Origin: Diplonema japonicum | Taxonomy: Eukaryota > Protista > Euglenozoa: Diplonemea | Assembly (NCBI GenBank): GCA_964019335.1 | Contig: OZ025722.1 | Location: forward strand, 186,001-250,000 | Length of the DNA stretch: 64,000 bases | Direction: 5' to 3' | In this document: in pieces, positions 19,141 to 30,298 of the stretch | How the letters are laid out: the number at the start of each line of letters is the position of its first letter | Position numbering within the stretch: position 1 is the stretch's first letter | The notes under the pieces: model-generated | The model's database searches: none | What the model was told of the DNA's origin: nothing | The model's input: only the letters and a program-made list of their open reading frames with translations | Program-made: the position numbers and the translations under genes

Positions 19141-19539
19141 GAATTTTTTTTATTTTATTTTATTTTTTTTTGTATGCATTTCCTGGGATGGAGAGGGGAG
19201 GGGAGGTGGGGGAAAAAAGAAAAAAAAAATGGGATGAGAAATATATGTGTGTTTTTTTTTCTCCCATTTTTCTTATTCTTTTCTTTCTTCTCTCTGTCCC
19301 CCGCTCTTTTCTTATCTTTTTTTTAGGCGATCCTGTCACATACTGCAGGTTCCCTCAAGACATCTTTTTTCTTTCTTTCTAACGCTTCGTTTTCCCGCTC
19401 TTTTTTTTTTTTTTTTTGAATTTTTTTATTTCCACTTCTCTACACGATGATTTCTTTATTTCCATTTTCTTTTTGTCTTTTTCTGTTTGGAAGAAGAACC
19501 GAAACAAAAAAAAAAAAAAAAAAAAGTGGGAGGGGAAAC

Positions 19540-20226
19540 ATGGGCCCTCCCAGATGCGTAAGGTGTGGCGGTAAGGATGACCTCCCTTTGGGTGGAAGCG
19601 TGTATCGGGAAATGTATGAAAAGACCAAAGAAAGCAACAAGGAGATAGCAGGGAAGATGGGGGAGTTAGAGGTGGAGTTGGAGAAGGTGAACACACGGTA
19701 CGAGAGGGAAAAGCGAAAACGAAAGGCACAGGAGGAATGGAAGGGAAAGGCGAAAGAGACGGCAAGACTCCTTAAGAAGTACCACAAGGCGCTGAAGGCT
19801 TCAAGGGAAGAAGTTAGCGAGCAAGCTCTACTCATCACGGACCTGAAGGAAGCCCTGCAGTCACGAGCGAGAAGAGCTCACACGGACACCCTCACCCACT
19901 ACCGCACCGAACTTTCGGACAGATCTTGGAGGGTGCCCGTATCTCCGCCCTCGTCGTCGCCCCCACCACAACCACAACCACAACCACAACCACAACCCCA
20001 TCCACACTCATTCCGTCCTACCGCAAAGCCACCACTCCCGCACCCAAGGGCCGCATCTCAACAAGCAGTAACAGTATCTATCGGTACTGAACAGTCCACA
20101 AGTTTAAACGATGACTTAATGCAGGTATTTCCTTTTTTTTTTTTTTTTTTTTTTTGGAAGAAAAAAAAAAAAAAAAAAAAGCTCGAGCAGGACCTGGCAG
20201 ATCTGCAGAAGTCTCTCCTCTCCTAG
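19540..20226 (+). CDS. Coiled-coil protein with PQ repeat (~209 aa); exons 19540-20124, 20182-20226
   Basis: CxxC followed by coiled coil; the poly-F/poly-K stretch is a 57-nt GT-AG intron. Confidence 0.7.
   Translation: MGPPRCVRCGGKDDLPLGGSVYREMYEKTKESNKEIAGKMGELEVELEKVNTRYEREKRKRKAQEEWKGKAKETARLLKKYHKALKASREEVSEQALLITDLKEALQSRARRAHTDTLTHYRTELSDRSWRVPVSPPSSSPPPQPQPQPQPQPHPHSFRPTAKPPLPHPRAASQQAVTVSIGTEQSTSLNDDLMQVFPFFFFFFFWKKKKKKKKLEQDLADLQKSLLS
20125..20181 (+). other. 57-nt intron (T-run/A-run, 3n, stop-free), phase 0
   Basis: CAG|GTATTT...AAAG|CTC. Confidence 0.7.
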
Positions 20227-20334
20227 ATTCCCCCCACTCCACCCTTCTTCAGTTTCTATTTTTTTTTTTTAATCTTTTCGTACGGGAATACACAAAGGGG
20301 GAAAAAAAAGGGGGGCGGGAGGACGGGTGACAAA

Positions 20335-22377
20335 ATGGAAAGACGGCGATGGCCGGCCGACGCAGGGAGGGATCAGAAATGGGTGGGGATGGACCCGGCG
20401 AGAAGAGGGGGGTATCTTGGGGAGGCGGTGTGGCGGGCGAAGCACAGCGACATCGAGTCAGAGAGGAAGCTAAAACAAGTAATGGTGGCGGTGGTGGTGG
20501 GGTACTGCGCCAGCCTTGTGATGGGCTGGGACACCGTCAGGATCCTCTATGTGGTGTATGTTCTCGCGCTGCTGACAGTAGGCGTGGCGTGGTTCAAGTT
20601 GAGCCACTGGAAGCGGTGCCGGAACCTTGAGTGGAAGGACATCGCCTTTGTGTTCGCCCCTGACAGCATCTACACCCGACTCAAGGCGAAAAGGAAGAAA
20701 CCCGCTCCAGTCCCTAAACCCGTTACTGTGAAGCCCGCCAGCCCACAGCTCCCTGAGACCGCTCTGTCCCCTGTGTCAGCAGCGTCGCCTCTCCGGTCTA
20801 AGGGGCTCCCTCCCATCCCTATCACCACCTCTATGTCTCCATTCCGGCCGCAGTCCGTTGGTCAAGAGCAACCATGGAGCGGGAGTGGAGGGCCCGCGGT
20901 GTATTCGGGAGGACAGTTGCCTTCATCGTATCCCATCTCCCCTTCCTTCGGGGGGTACAGCCCTCAGTTGTATGGAGGAAAAAAAAGGGGGTGGTGAATA
21001 AAGAAAGAAAGAAAAAAAAGAAGAAAAAAAAAAAAAAAAAAAAAAAAAAAAACAAAGTTCCCTAGCACCTACACCCGAGGTGCGACGTTCGTTGGCGTAC
21101 GGGTCTCCTCAGAGCAGGTTTCTTTTTTTTTTTTTTTTTTTTTTGCTTGGAAAAATTTAAAAAAAAAAAAAAAAGATACAGTTCTTGCGAATTCGAGCGG
21201 ACGCCTGCTGATTTCAGGTTCCGTGCTTCCCCGATGCCCCAGGACCCTCACACCCCACTCAACCAGCTTGCCGACAGCAGCTACCGAAGCATTCTGAAGC
21301 TGACCAACAGGGAGGGCACGTCTCTCAGCGCCGAGGCGGGCACCCTGCACAGGGACATCTTCAACCACCTGAACGTGTTGGATAAACAGGTACTATTTCC
21401 TTTCCCCCTCCCTCTTCTTTAAATACCTTCCACCCCACAGATACACGAAGTCGAGAAGGGGATCAGGGACTTCAAGGACAGCAAGGAGCTCAAAGACTTC
21501 GATTCGGGGAAAATCGAGCAGTTTCAAACCGTCTACTCCCTCCAGGAGCTGGTATCGTTCATTTTTTTTTTTTTTTCATTTTTTTTTTTTTCATAAATTT
21601 ACAACCCAGGCTGAAGTCGAACCCACAGCAGCAGTTCAAGCATTTGGGACGGGTTTCGGAGGGTTGGGGGGGTTCAACAACGCTGCCGCATCGCAGCAGG
21701 CTCCGAAGAAGAAAGGAGAGAAACTAAAAGAAGACCTGGAAAAACTGTCGAGAGAACTGCAAATGAGGGGCGACTTGGAGGTCTGGGGCGGTACTAGACC
21801 GGGGAAGGGCGACAAAGTGAGGCTTCGCCAGGTTCTGACAAAAAGGCTCAAAATGGAACGAATGCTGGCGGTGGAGAAAAACTACCACATCGATGCAAGC
21901 GGCGCGCAGTCAAGAGCACAGCGACAGAGGTTCATCCACCGTGTCCGAGCGATCTCTGCAGACGGGCACACCGACCACCACAGAGACGACTACGAAAAGG
22001 TAATTGTGCACTGTTTTGCCTCACTCTTAGACACCCACTACCACGGATCCCGCTCCACTCTGAACGTAGACTGGTCTGGTGCCAACCCGGTCCTTCGTTA
22101 CACTTCAAGCAGATGCCCTGGTCTGCTGTCCCTTACCATCGAGTCCACCACCTACCTTGGCCAGACTATCTACTCTGTTAAGCATTCTGATACCGATCTT
22201 GGGATTGACACGGCTTACTACACCAATCCAGGGAAGTCTCTATATGAGGCGCTCCTCTTTTTCCTGCATATTTTCGATTCTAAGATGACCAAGCAGGACC
22301 TCCGCACCAGCCGTGCACGCCAGCAAACACTTTTCGGGACCATCAGCAGGAGGGTCATGCTCGATAAGGAGTACTAA
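20335..22377 (+). CDS. TMEM209: TMEM209-like nuclear-envelope membrane protein (~595 aa); exons 20335-20969, 21058-21117, 21176-21389, 21441-21551, 21610-22377
   Basis: Four GT-AG introns (88, 58, 51, 58 nt) join ORFs 20335, 21147 and 21664 in one frame; two N-terminal TMs, S/P-rich linker, C-terminal RVRAI..D..VIVHCFASLLD...PGKSLYEALLFFLHI resembling TMEM209. Confidence 0.62.
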
Positions 22378-22586
22378 AAAAAAAAGGGGGAAAAAAAAAG
22401 AAATTTAATTAACAATAGTGTGTCGTTTTTTTTTTTTTTTCTTTTTTTGTACTTTCCCCTCCCCCCCCCCCCCCCCCACCTTGATCAGATCCGTTATATT
22501 AGACCGACACACAAAAAAAAAAAAAAAAAAAAGAAAGGAGGAAAAAGAAAAAAAAGAAGTAGATAAAAAAAAAAAAAGACAATTAA

Positions 22587-24385
22587 CCATCTATCAACGA
22601 GCGTCTATATATAGACGATTTGAAAAAAAATCTTTTACGCAAAGGGCTTTCAATGCAATACGGCCCGGCCCTTTCTTGCCGGCGGGGTCCTGCGCGGAAA
22701 ATATGAAAATAAACTAAATGCTGCCCTAACTTAACAAGAAAATGAAAAAATAAAAAAAAACGCCAGCCCAAATTTACCCTTAAAAATCACTTCAAAAAAA
22801 GGCGCCCGGAAAGAGGCCGGAAGAGGACGTTATGAGTGATGGCAGCACTGATGGCTCATCCCTATTATGCAATTTTGATACAAACAGTGATTCTGACACG
22901 AATTCGACCGATTCCGAGTCACAGCAGGGTGATTGGACGGCAAAGCCGGAGCAGTTGGAAGGCATCCGGTTTCGTGAAGATCGGAATCCTTGTGGACCCT
23001 GTTTTGACATCAGAGGCTCAACGCCATTCCATATATTCTCCCAAATGCTCGTCCAAACTTTATTCGGGTCATAACTTCGAACAATGTGGCAAATGCGGCT
23101 AAAAAAGGTGTCTCCCTGGATCTCGATGCTGCTTCTCTGCGTACCTTCCTAGGTGTCCTTTTGTCGATGGACTTGGATATCAAGCCAGATTATTCTGATT
23201 ACTGGTGCACTGGCTCCACGTTTCTCAACTACACCTGGGTACGCTACCGTCATGTCAAGAGACCGCTTTTTGACTATTCTGGGAAATCTGTGTTTCCACA
23301 GCGAAACAAACAAGCGTGCTGACTTCTACCTATCGCGAAGGCCTCCCGGAGATCATGGATGCCCCAAAGAAGCGAGGCCTCAAGCCCAAGGACGCGCATC
23401 CCGTGGGGACACAGTTCCACCAGCACGCGAGCATCCTTTGCACCACAACGTGGCATGACATCAAGCCTGTGTGCTTTCTATCGACGTTGGATGTTCCAGT
23501 GAAGTCAAATTTGACCGTCCGCCAAAAGAGAATGAAAGCCGGAAAGGACATCTTGTTCCCCACCAAGTGCATATTTACAACACCGCAATGGGCGGAACCG
23601 ACCTGGGTGATGCTGTGACAAAACGCCATAAACGCTCCCTTATGACTTAAAAGTGGCCCCTAAAAGTATTTTCGTACTTGTTAGGTAAATCTCTGGCGAA
23701 TGCTTGGCTTGTTTGGAAAGAAGCCTTGCCCCCCAACACCCTGAGTACGAACGACAGTGTATTGACGCCTTTCAAAGAGGCAGTCATCGAAGGGCTACTA
23801 GGGAGGCAGTCTAAACAGCAGATAAAGTCAACTACAGAGCAGGCTGCCCCAATACCATGCCCCGAAACACAGAACAAGTGCTTTGAGACCCCAATGCGCC
23901 GTGACAGTACCTTCTGGGACCATTTCCCCGAAAAAGTAGTGCAACGTGCGGTGCAAGCATTTCAAGTCGAAAAGACCCCTATTTCAGTGTTCAGCCTGCT
24001 TGGTACAACTTTGCGTGACTCCGTGCTTCAAAGACTGCCACCTTGCCGGGGATACCCCCCAGAAACCCCTCTCGGGGTCAAAAAAGAAGTCCCCCAGCCC
24101 TGGGGCACGTACGAACCGCGACAAGAAGGCCTTAAATAGCTTTTTATAGAATTTTACAGTCGATTTTTTTTGACTTGTTTTTTGTACCCCCTCTCGAGCA
24201 CTTCAGGAACGATATTTTTGACAATGTTGTGGGGGTGGGCCCTGCTGTGGGCACCCTCTCTCTAGAATTGGGACATCTGGAGGCATTTTCGGGGGCATAT
24301 AGCCCCGGCGTTGCGCTAGAATAGCTTTTTTTGAAGTTTTGAAAATTTACCCCCTGGTGGGCAAAAATGGTCCGTTGGTAGATGG
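22587..24385 (+). mobile_element. Degenerate, internally deleted piggyBac transposon (1799 bp)
   Basis: TTAA TSDs at 22583-22586 and 24386-24389; 13-bp TIR CCATCTA(T/C)CAACG; frameshifted transposase motifs MSRDRFLTILGNLCF, WHDIKPVCFLST, YNTAMGGTD, KWPLKVF..L...ANAW, Cys-rich CSACLVQLCVTPCFKDCH. Confidence 0.92.
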
Positions 24386-24596
24386 TTAAAAAGGTTTTTT
24401 TAAAACCTTTTTGTTTCGCCTTCCCTAATTTTTCTTTTTTTTTTTTAAAGATCAGAAATTTCTTTTTTTTATTATTTCTCTCTCCCCCCCCCCCTTTTTT
24501 TTCCCCCGATCTCCTGACAAAGAGAAAAAAAAAAGCCTCAAAGGAAGAGAGAAAAAAAAATTACAAAAAAAAAAAAAAAAAAAAAAAAAAAACACA

Positions 24597-25802
24597 ATGA
24601 GCATCGGTGTCAGAATAACAACAGAAGCAGGGAAGAATACAATGAACCATCTCAGCAGGATAATGGCGGCGGTGAAATCACACGGGAGGCATCACAAAGG
24701 AGGGAGCAAGTACGGCCCGTCGAAAGAACTGGTGTTAGTCCTACAGAACGCGCGAAAAAAAGGAAGGCTCGACCTCATCCACTACAACATGGCACTCTCG
24801 GTTGCGAAACGTATAGGAAACGGAGAGCTAGCAGACTGGGTCCTGGGAGGCATGGCGACTGACGGTGTAAAAGGCAACAGCGAAACCTACAGCTATGCCA
24901 TGACCGCCCATGCTGACAACGGGAAAATATCCGACGTTGCCCGGCTATGGAGAGAAATGAACAGAAACTCTATCAACCCACCCCAAGAGTGTTACTCTGC
25001 AATGATGAAGGCTCTGTACAAAGACGCAGTAGTACACCGGACAGACCTGTCATCCCTTCCAAGGATACGAAATTTAAAAATATTCAAAGCGATGCTTGAA
25101 CGACGGTTCGCCCCCTCGCACCGCCACTATGGATACCTGCTTCGCCATGCGAAAAACGAACACTTAGCTTTGGACCTTTACAGGTTTTGCATCAACAAAC
25201 ACCACGAACCGGGAAACCTCACTCTGGGTCTACTTGTATTCTATGAGAATCAGTACAAGCATGGGAAGGCCGACGCGAGAGATTCGATTAAAAATTTCAT
25301 GAACAACACCAATCCCTCCGACAGAACACACGATTGTCATAACGGAGTTTTAAGATGTTGTTTTGAAGCAGGCATGCATGCGGAGTGCGAGGCGTACTTC
25401 GTCGAATATGTTGAAGAACATGAAGCCCGACCACCTGGCGTGCATTTTATCTTGCAAAACGCTGCTGTACTTATACGGGAGATGACGTCTTTCGGTGATC
25501 GAGAGGCGATGAAGCACATGTCTACCCGCAGGTTTGAGTCACTTCGTAAAGGTGTCGATATGCGGCCGTTAAACATGATTTGGGAAGCCCTCGTCGAGGT
25601 TTACCTGGCGGCGGCAGACATAGAGGGTGCGAAGGGGATTATGGGGCTGATAGCAGCGGAGGACGTTGCCATCAGCAAGCATCTCAACAACCTCGCCACT
25701 GAATCCCTCGGTATGCCGCCCCTACGCGGCACACATGATGTCAACATCCCGCAGTCAGAGAAATTTCTCGGCAGGCTTGCCAGCTCCACACGTATCAACT
25801 GA
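24597..25802 (+). CDS. Pentatricopeptide repeat (PPR) protein (401 aa)
   Basis: 35-aa repeats such as ETYSYAMTAHADNGKISDVARLWREMNRNSINPPQ and ECYSAMMKAL. Confidence 0.8.
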   Translation: MSIGVRITTEAGKNTMNHLSRIMAAVKSHGRHHKGGSKYGPSKELVLVLQNARKKGRLDLIHYNMALSVAKRIGNGELADWVLGGMATDGVKGNSETYSYAMTAHADNGKISDVARLWREMNRNSINPPQECYSAMMKALYKDAVVHRTDLSSLPRIRNLKIFKAMLERRFAPSHRHYGYLLRHAKNEHLALDLYRFCINKHHEPGNLTLGLLVFYENQYKHGKADARDSIKNFMNNTNPSDRTHDCHNGVLRCCFEAGMHAECEAYFVEYVEEHEARPPGVHFILQNAAVLIREMTSFGDREAMKHMSTRRFESLRKGVDMRPLNMIWEALVEVYLAAADIEGAKGIMGLIAAEDVAISKHLNNLATESLGMPPLRGTHDVNIPQSEKFLGRLASSTRIN

Positions 25803-25904
25803 AAACCCTTACGAACCGTAAACCGAGTTTTTTTTTTTTTTTTTTGTGTCTGCGAAGGGAAGGGGGGTGGGCTTTGAAAAAAAAAATAATAAAGAGGTAA
25901 AAGG

Positions 25905-26797
25905 AAATCCCTGATCTGGGACGTCCTGTCTTGTTCTTCTACCAAAACAAAAAAAAAAAAAACTCGATAAAATTTCAGCCGATTTTGGGGGGTCTTGTCG
26001 TGGGGGGTCCGTGGAGTTATGCTGGGCTAAAAAGGGCAGCATTCAGCCCGATTTGGTGCCCTGAACTCTAGGATTGAGGTCAGTCCGGAGACTTTTTGGG
26101 GCTGTGGGATGAAAAAAGCAACTTGTGAGTTTTTTTTCCAGCTGGGGTAGCATGCAAAGGTGAGGTAGCGCTGTATGTCAACGAATCGGTTTGCTCATTT
26201 TTCTCAAAAGCCGGGATAGTTAAATTAGAATTTGTTGTCCAGCTCTTCATGTTCGGTGCCGAGCGTAAACCCATTAACAGGACCAACCCAAGCCAAATTT
26301 TGTACTCTGGGATGGAAAGATTCAGATTCCGCTGTTTTTTTGAATCGAAACGACCGTTCGTGGAAGAAACTATGAGCTCAAGACCGCGTGTGTAAAAAAA
26401 AAAAGATAAAAAACACCCTCCTCATTGCCCGCTTCACCTAGAGGTGTCCTAAGCCCACCTTTTCACGGAAATGATATGTTTCGGACCTTTGGGAGTATTT
26501 CTCCCACCCAAGCATCGTTTCCGGCCCCTTTGACCGCCTCATCGTCTTTTTCTTCTTTATCTGACCAGTCGGGGGAGACTCACGTTTTCGCTGCTATTTT
26601 GACCATCTGATTTCATTTTAAGCCAACCCTGCCGGTTTCAATTAAAACAAAACTTTTAACGCAAAATGTAGTTCCAAGACAAAATAAACCGCGCAACAAT
26701 GCCATATTTTGAAGTCCAGGGACCGTGTTCAAAAAAAAGTACTTAGCGAAAAAGCAAATTTTGAAATAAGGACAAAAACGTCCGCGCGGGCGTTTAA
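25905..26797. mobile_element. Possible non-autonomous DNA-transposon remnant
   Basis: ~0.9-kb non-coding island poor in long homopolymers; weak inverted ends GGACGTCCTGTCTT / AAGGACAAAAACGTCC; no TSD identified. Confidence 0.3.
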
Positions 26798-26898
26798 AGG
26801 TTATTATTAGAATTTTATTATTTTCCCCAAAGTACACTCGCACAAACCGAGAGAGAGCGCAGGGGAAGAGGGAGATAATAATTAAAAAAAAAAAAAAA

Positions 26899-28605
26899 AT
26901 GAATGTAGCTTTGTTTGGAACGACACCTGAACAGGTTGACGGTACTGCCAGGTTTGTCGAAGAAACCGCCAACAAGCTTGTTGAAAAGAAAATCTGCACA
27001 GCACACGACATCGGTTCATTAATCGCATCTTCCACCAGCGACTGTGTGTTGGTTGTGGGCGGTGACGACCTCAACGGCGACATGCCCGGAGAAGTCTTAA
27101 AGGGAACAGACGTGCAGCTACACAGTGTGGCAGAAGTGGGGTACGAAGCAGCGGGTATTGTAGCGGAAGGGCTGCGCACCGGCACGGCAGGGCTCCTCAA
27201 AAAAGAACAGCGTTTTGTCGTGAACGTTCCGGGAACCCGCACCTCAGTACACGCAGTACTCCACACCATTCAAAAAATGATGTCATCCTCTGAAGAGGAC
27301 AGTATTGCAAGTCATATCCCCAAGCCTGTTATCACAGACCGGCCTAGAACGTCGCCGCATCAGATGTTTGATGTAGAAAATGCGCTTAAGCTCATCGAAA
27401 CCCACACCACACCCCAAACTCAAACAGCTATCTTCTCCCTCCACGACAGTATCGGGCTCTACACATCTTCTAGCATTAATGCGCAGTACGACCACCCGCC
27501 CTTCCCAGCCTCGATTAAAGATGGGTACGCCGTCCGATCGGCATACCCCGCAGGGACGTACAAGGTTTCTACCGAAGCAGTGACTGCAGGAGGCAACGCA
27601 TCGGCTACCCTCCCTGCCAATGAAATCTGCAGGATTTCAACAGGCGGTGCTGTTCCAACCGGCGCTGATGCTGTGATTCAAGTCGAGGACACTCAGCTAA
27701 TCGACCGCAACACAGCGAACGACACGGAAACAAGTGTCGCTATCAGAACACAGGCGAAGCCAGGACAAGACATCCGCCCTGTCGGATCGGACATTAAAAA
27801 GGGAACAGTTTTAATACAGAGGAACGTGAAGATCACACCTGCAGAGGTCGGGATCCTGTCATCCTCGGGATATAAAGAAGTACGCTGCTTCAGAAAGGTA
27901 CGCGCAGCGGTGTTCTCAACCGGGAATGAGGTCCGCGAACCCGCAATGATCGAGACAGGCCTGCGCCCTGGGGAGATCTACGACAGCAACAGAACAATGC
28001 TTCTCGCAGCATTGAAAGAAGAAGGCGTTGAGGTCATCGACATGGGCATCGTTCCTGACAATAAAGAAACACTTGTCAAGGCATTACACACAGCATGTGA
28101 ACGTGCCGATATCGTTTTGACCTCCGGTGGTGTGTCAATGGGTGAGAAGGATCACATAAAGAGTTGTTTGCAAGACATTTCCGCCACTACTCACTTCGGC
28201 CGTGTGGAGATGAAGCCGGGGAAGCCCACCACATTCGCCACAAAGGGCGACACTTCTATTTTCTGTCTGCCTGGAAACCCAGTTTCTTGCATTGTTTGCT
28301 TCCATCTCTTCTGTCTCCCTGCTATCCGTAAAAAATCCGGCTCGCCGCACCTCCGCCACCCTGTTGTCAAGGCGACCCTAACCTCCACGCTACCTTTGGA
28401 CCGCGAGCGCCCTGAGTACCATCGGGTTTCGTTGTCTTTCACTGAGGCAGGGTTCAGTGCGTGCTCTACCGGTCGTCAATTAAGCTCCCGCTTGCTGTCC
28501 ATGCATAAGGCGAATGGGTTGCTGTGTCTACCGAAGGGCACCGCGGAAAGACCAGCTGCTGTGGAGGGAGGGGTCTATGAGTGCATTCTCTTCGGAAGAC
28601 TGTGA
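26899..28605 (+). CDS. GPHN: Gephyrin-like molybdopterin molybdenumtransferase: degenerate G domain + intact E/MoeA domain (568 aa)
   Basis: PFPASIKDGYAV, ISTGGAVPTGADAVIQVEDT, STGNE, IYDSN, TSGGVSMGEKD, MKPGKP, LPGNPVS, RPEYHR, STGRQLSSRLLSM. Confidence 0.88.
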   Translation: MNVALFGTTPEQVDGTARFVEETANKLVEKKICTAHDIGSLIASSTSDCVLVVGGDDLNGDMPGEVLKGTDVQLHSVAEVGYEAAGIVAEGLRTGTAGLLKKEQRFVVNVPGTRTSVHAVLHTIQKMMSSSEEDSIASHIPKPVITDRPRTSPHQMFDVENALKLIETHTTPQTQTAIFSLHDSIGLYTSSSINAQYDHPPFPASIKDGYAVRSAYPAGTYKVSTEAVTAGGNASATLPANEICRISTGGAVPTGADAVIQVEDTQLIDRNTANDTETSVAIRTQAKPGQDIRPVGSDIKKGTVLIQRNVKITPAEVGILSSSGYKEVRCFRKVRAAVFSTGNEVREPAMIETGLRPGEIYDSNRTMLLAALKEEGVEVIDMGIVPDNKETLVKALHTACERADIVLTSGGVSMGEKDHIKSCLQDISATTHFGRVEMKPGKPTTFATKGDTSIFCLPGNPVSCIVCFHLFCLPAIRKKSGSPHLRHPVVKATLTSTLPLDRERPEYHRVSLSFTEAGFSACSTGRQLSSRLLSMHKANGLLCLPKGTAERPAAVEGGVYECILFGRL

Positions 28606-28758
28606 AAAAAAAAAAAAAAAAAAAAGTGGTTTTTTTTTTTTTTTCGTTTCTCTTTCCAGTGTTGGGAACAGTTCCCCCCCCCCCCCCCCTCATTTCTACA
28701 TAATTATGTATGGCGCGCCACAGGAAAAAAGGGGAAAAAAAAAAAAAAGAAAAAAGTA

Positions 28759-29757
28759 ATGAAGATGTCGATAGTGATCCTAACATTCATGGCTTCCGTG
28801 CATGCCAACGACAACGCGGAAAAAGACAGGCAAGACGACCAGTCTGACGTCGGTGCAATGGGCGTGTCTTCCGGAAGCTTGGGGGGTCTGAGCTACTGCA
28901 GCAACCGTCTGTGCCAGTTCGGCGAAGGCGACTGCGATATCGACGAGTGCGCGCCAGGGCTCGGCTGCGGGTACAACAACTGCAGACGAATGAACCCGGG
29001 ACAGGACCACATCTTCAGCTCGCTGGTGGACTGCTGCGAAACCTTAGCTTTGTACCACTACGAATGGTGCGACAAGAACCCAGGCTGCGGGTACGGTGAA
29101 GGCGATTGCGACGGTGACTCCGAATGCGGCATTGGCCTCACATGCGGGCTTAACAACTGCAGACGAATGCATCCCGAGATCCCAAGTTCCGCGATTGCCC
29201 CATCGGCAGATTGTTGTGTAACATGTGGTGGTGCAGCTACTGTACGACAGGGCACCACCACACAACATCCGCCTTCGTCGTTTGTGAACGGTAGGCACAC
29301 GAACAACGAGAGGACACTCGCAAACCCTCCTGCTGCGCTTGAAGGCGCTGCATTGTACAGCCTTCCGGAGTTGGACACCGGTGACGAAATTAAGTTGGAG
29401 TGCTGCTCTGACAGAAACGTTCCGTGTAACTTCTTCGTTGCGGTGTACCACTGCCCGCCGTGCTCTAGAAGTCAGAATGGTGGGATTCCATCGCACCTTG
29501 TCGCGCATGGGTGGGTGGGTTCGTCTTGTGCACCTGTTTTCACACCTGCTGGGTCTTCGCAGTCGCAGACGATGACTGTGTTCCAGAAGACCTTAGCGCC
29601 TGGTGAGACGCATGATATCCCTGTCACGCTAGACGCACCCCACGTCGCCGTGCTCATGAACAATGGTCCCATTGGTGACTGGTGCCCTAAGCAGATCAAG
29701 AGCGGCACCACTGGGCCGAACAAACCTTGTGTCTGCTCCATTGGGGGGCCGAGGTGA
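28759..29757 (+). CDS. Secreted Cys-rich GEGDCD-repeat protein, divergent member F (332 aa)
   Basis: Signal peptide; two C.xGEGDCD..C..GL.CG.NNC...CC modules; C-terminal YHCPPCS..NGG..GW..SCAP domain. Confidence 0.85.
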   Translation: MKMSIVILTFMASVHANDNAEKDRQDDQSDVGAMGVSSGSLGGLSYCSNRLCQFGEGDCDIDECAPGLGCGYNNCRRMNPGQDHIFSSLVDCCETLALYHYEWCDKNPGCGYGEGDCDGDSECGIGLTCGLNNCRRMHPEIPSSAIAPSADCCVTCGGAATVRQGTTTQHPPSSFVNGRHTNNERTLANPPAALEGAALYSLPELDTGDEIKLECCSDRNVPCNFFVAVYHCPPCSRSQNGGIPSHLVAHGWVGSSCAPVFTPAGSSQSQTMTVFQKTLAPGETHDIPVTLDAPHVAVLMNNGPIGDWCPKQIKSGTTGPNKPCVCSIGGPR

Positions 29758-30298
29758 AACGGGAGGTGAAAACTAAAAGTAAAAAAAAAAAAAAAAAAAA
29801 AATGAAAATGTAAAAACACTCAGCATAAGAATTCTCTTTCATATATTTTTTTTTTATTTATTTATTTTTTACTTGTAAACAGGCGTTATATCGGCGGTTC
29901 CTATTTTTTTTTTTCTTTTTTTCCCTCACCTATTTTTTTTTCTTCTCTTCTTTCCTTCCTCTCTTCTTCCTACCTACACTATGAATATACCCCTCCCCCG
30001 TTTCTTTTTTTTTTCTTTTCTTTCCCTCCCCTCTATTTTCTTTTTTTTTTTTTTTACACTAAACATGTAATACCCTCTTTAAATATTTCCAAAAGGAAAA
30101 AAAAAAAGGGTGGGAGGTATCCTTACTTCTGGGGCACCTCCCCAGCCTTTTCTTCTTCTTCTGCGACAACAGGGTTTGCAATGTGCTCTTATTTATTTCT
30201 CTTGTTTATTTTTCATATAACTCTCTGTTGCCCCCCTGTTACAACCAACGACAACAAATATAGATTATAAAAAAAAAAAAAGAGAAACCTCCAAAAAC

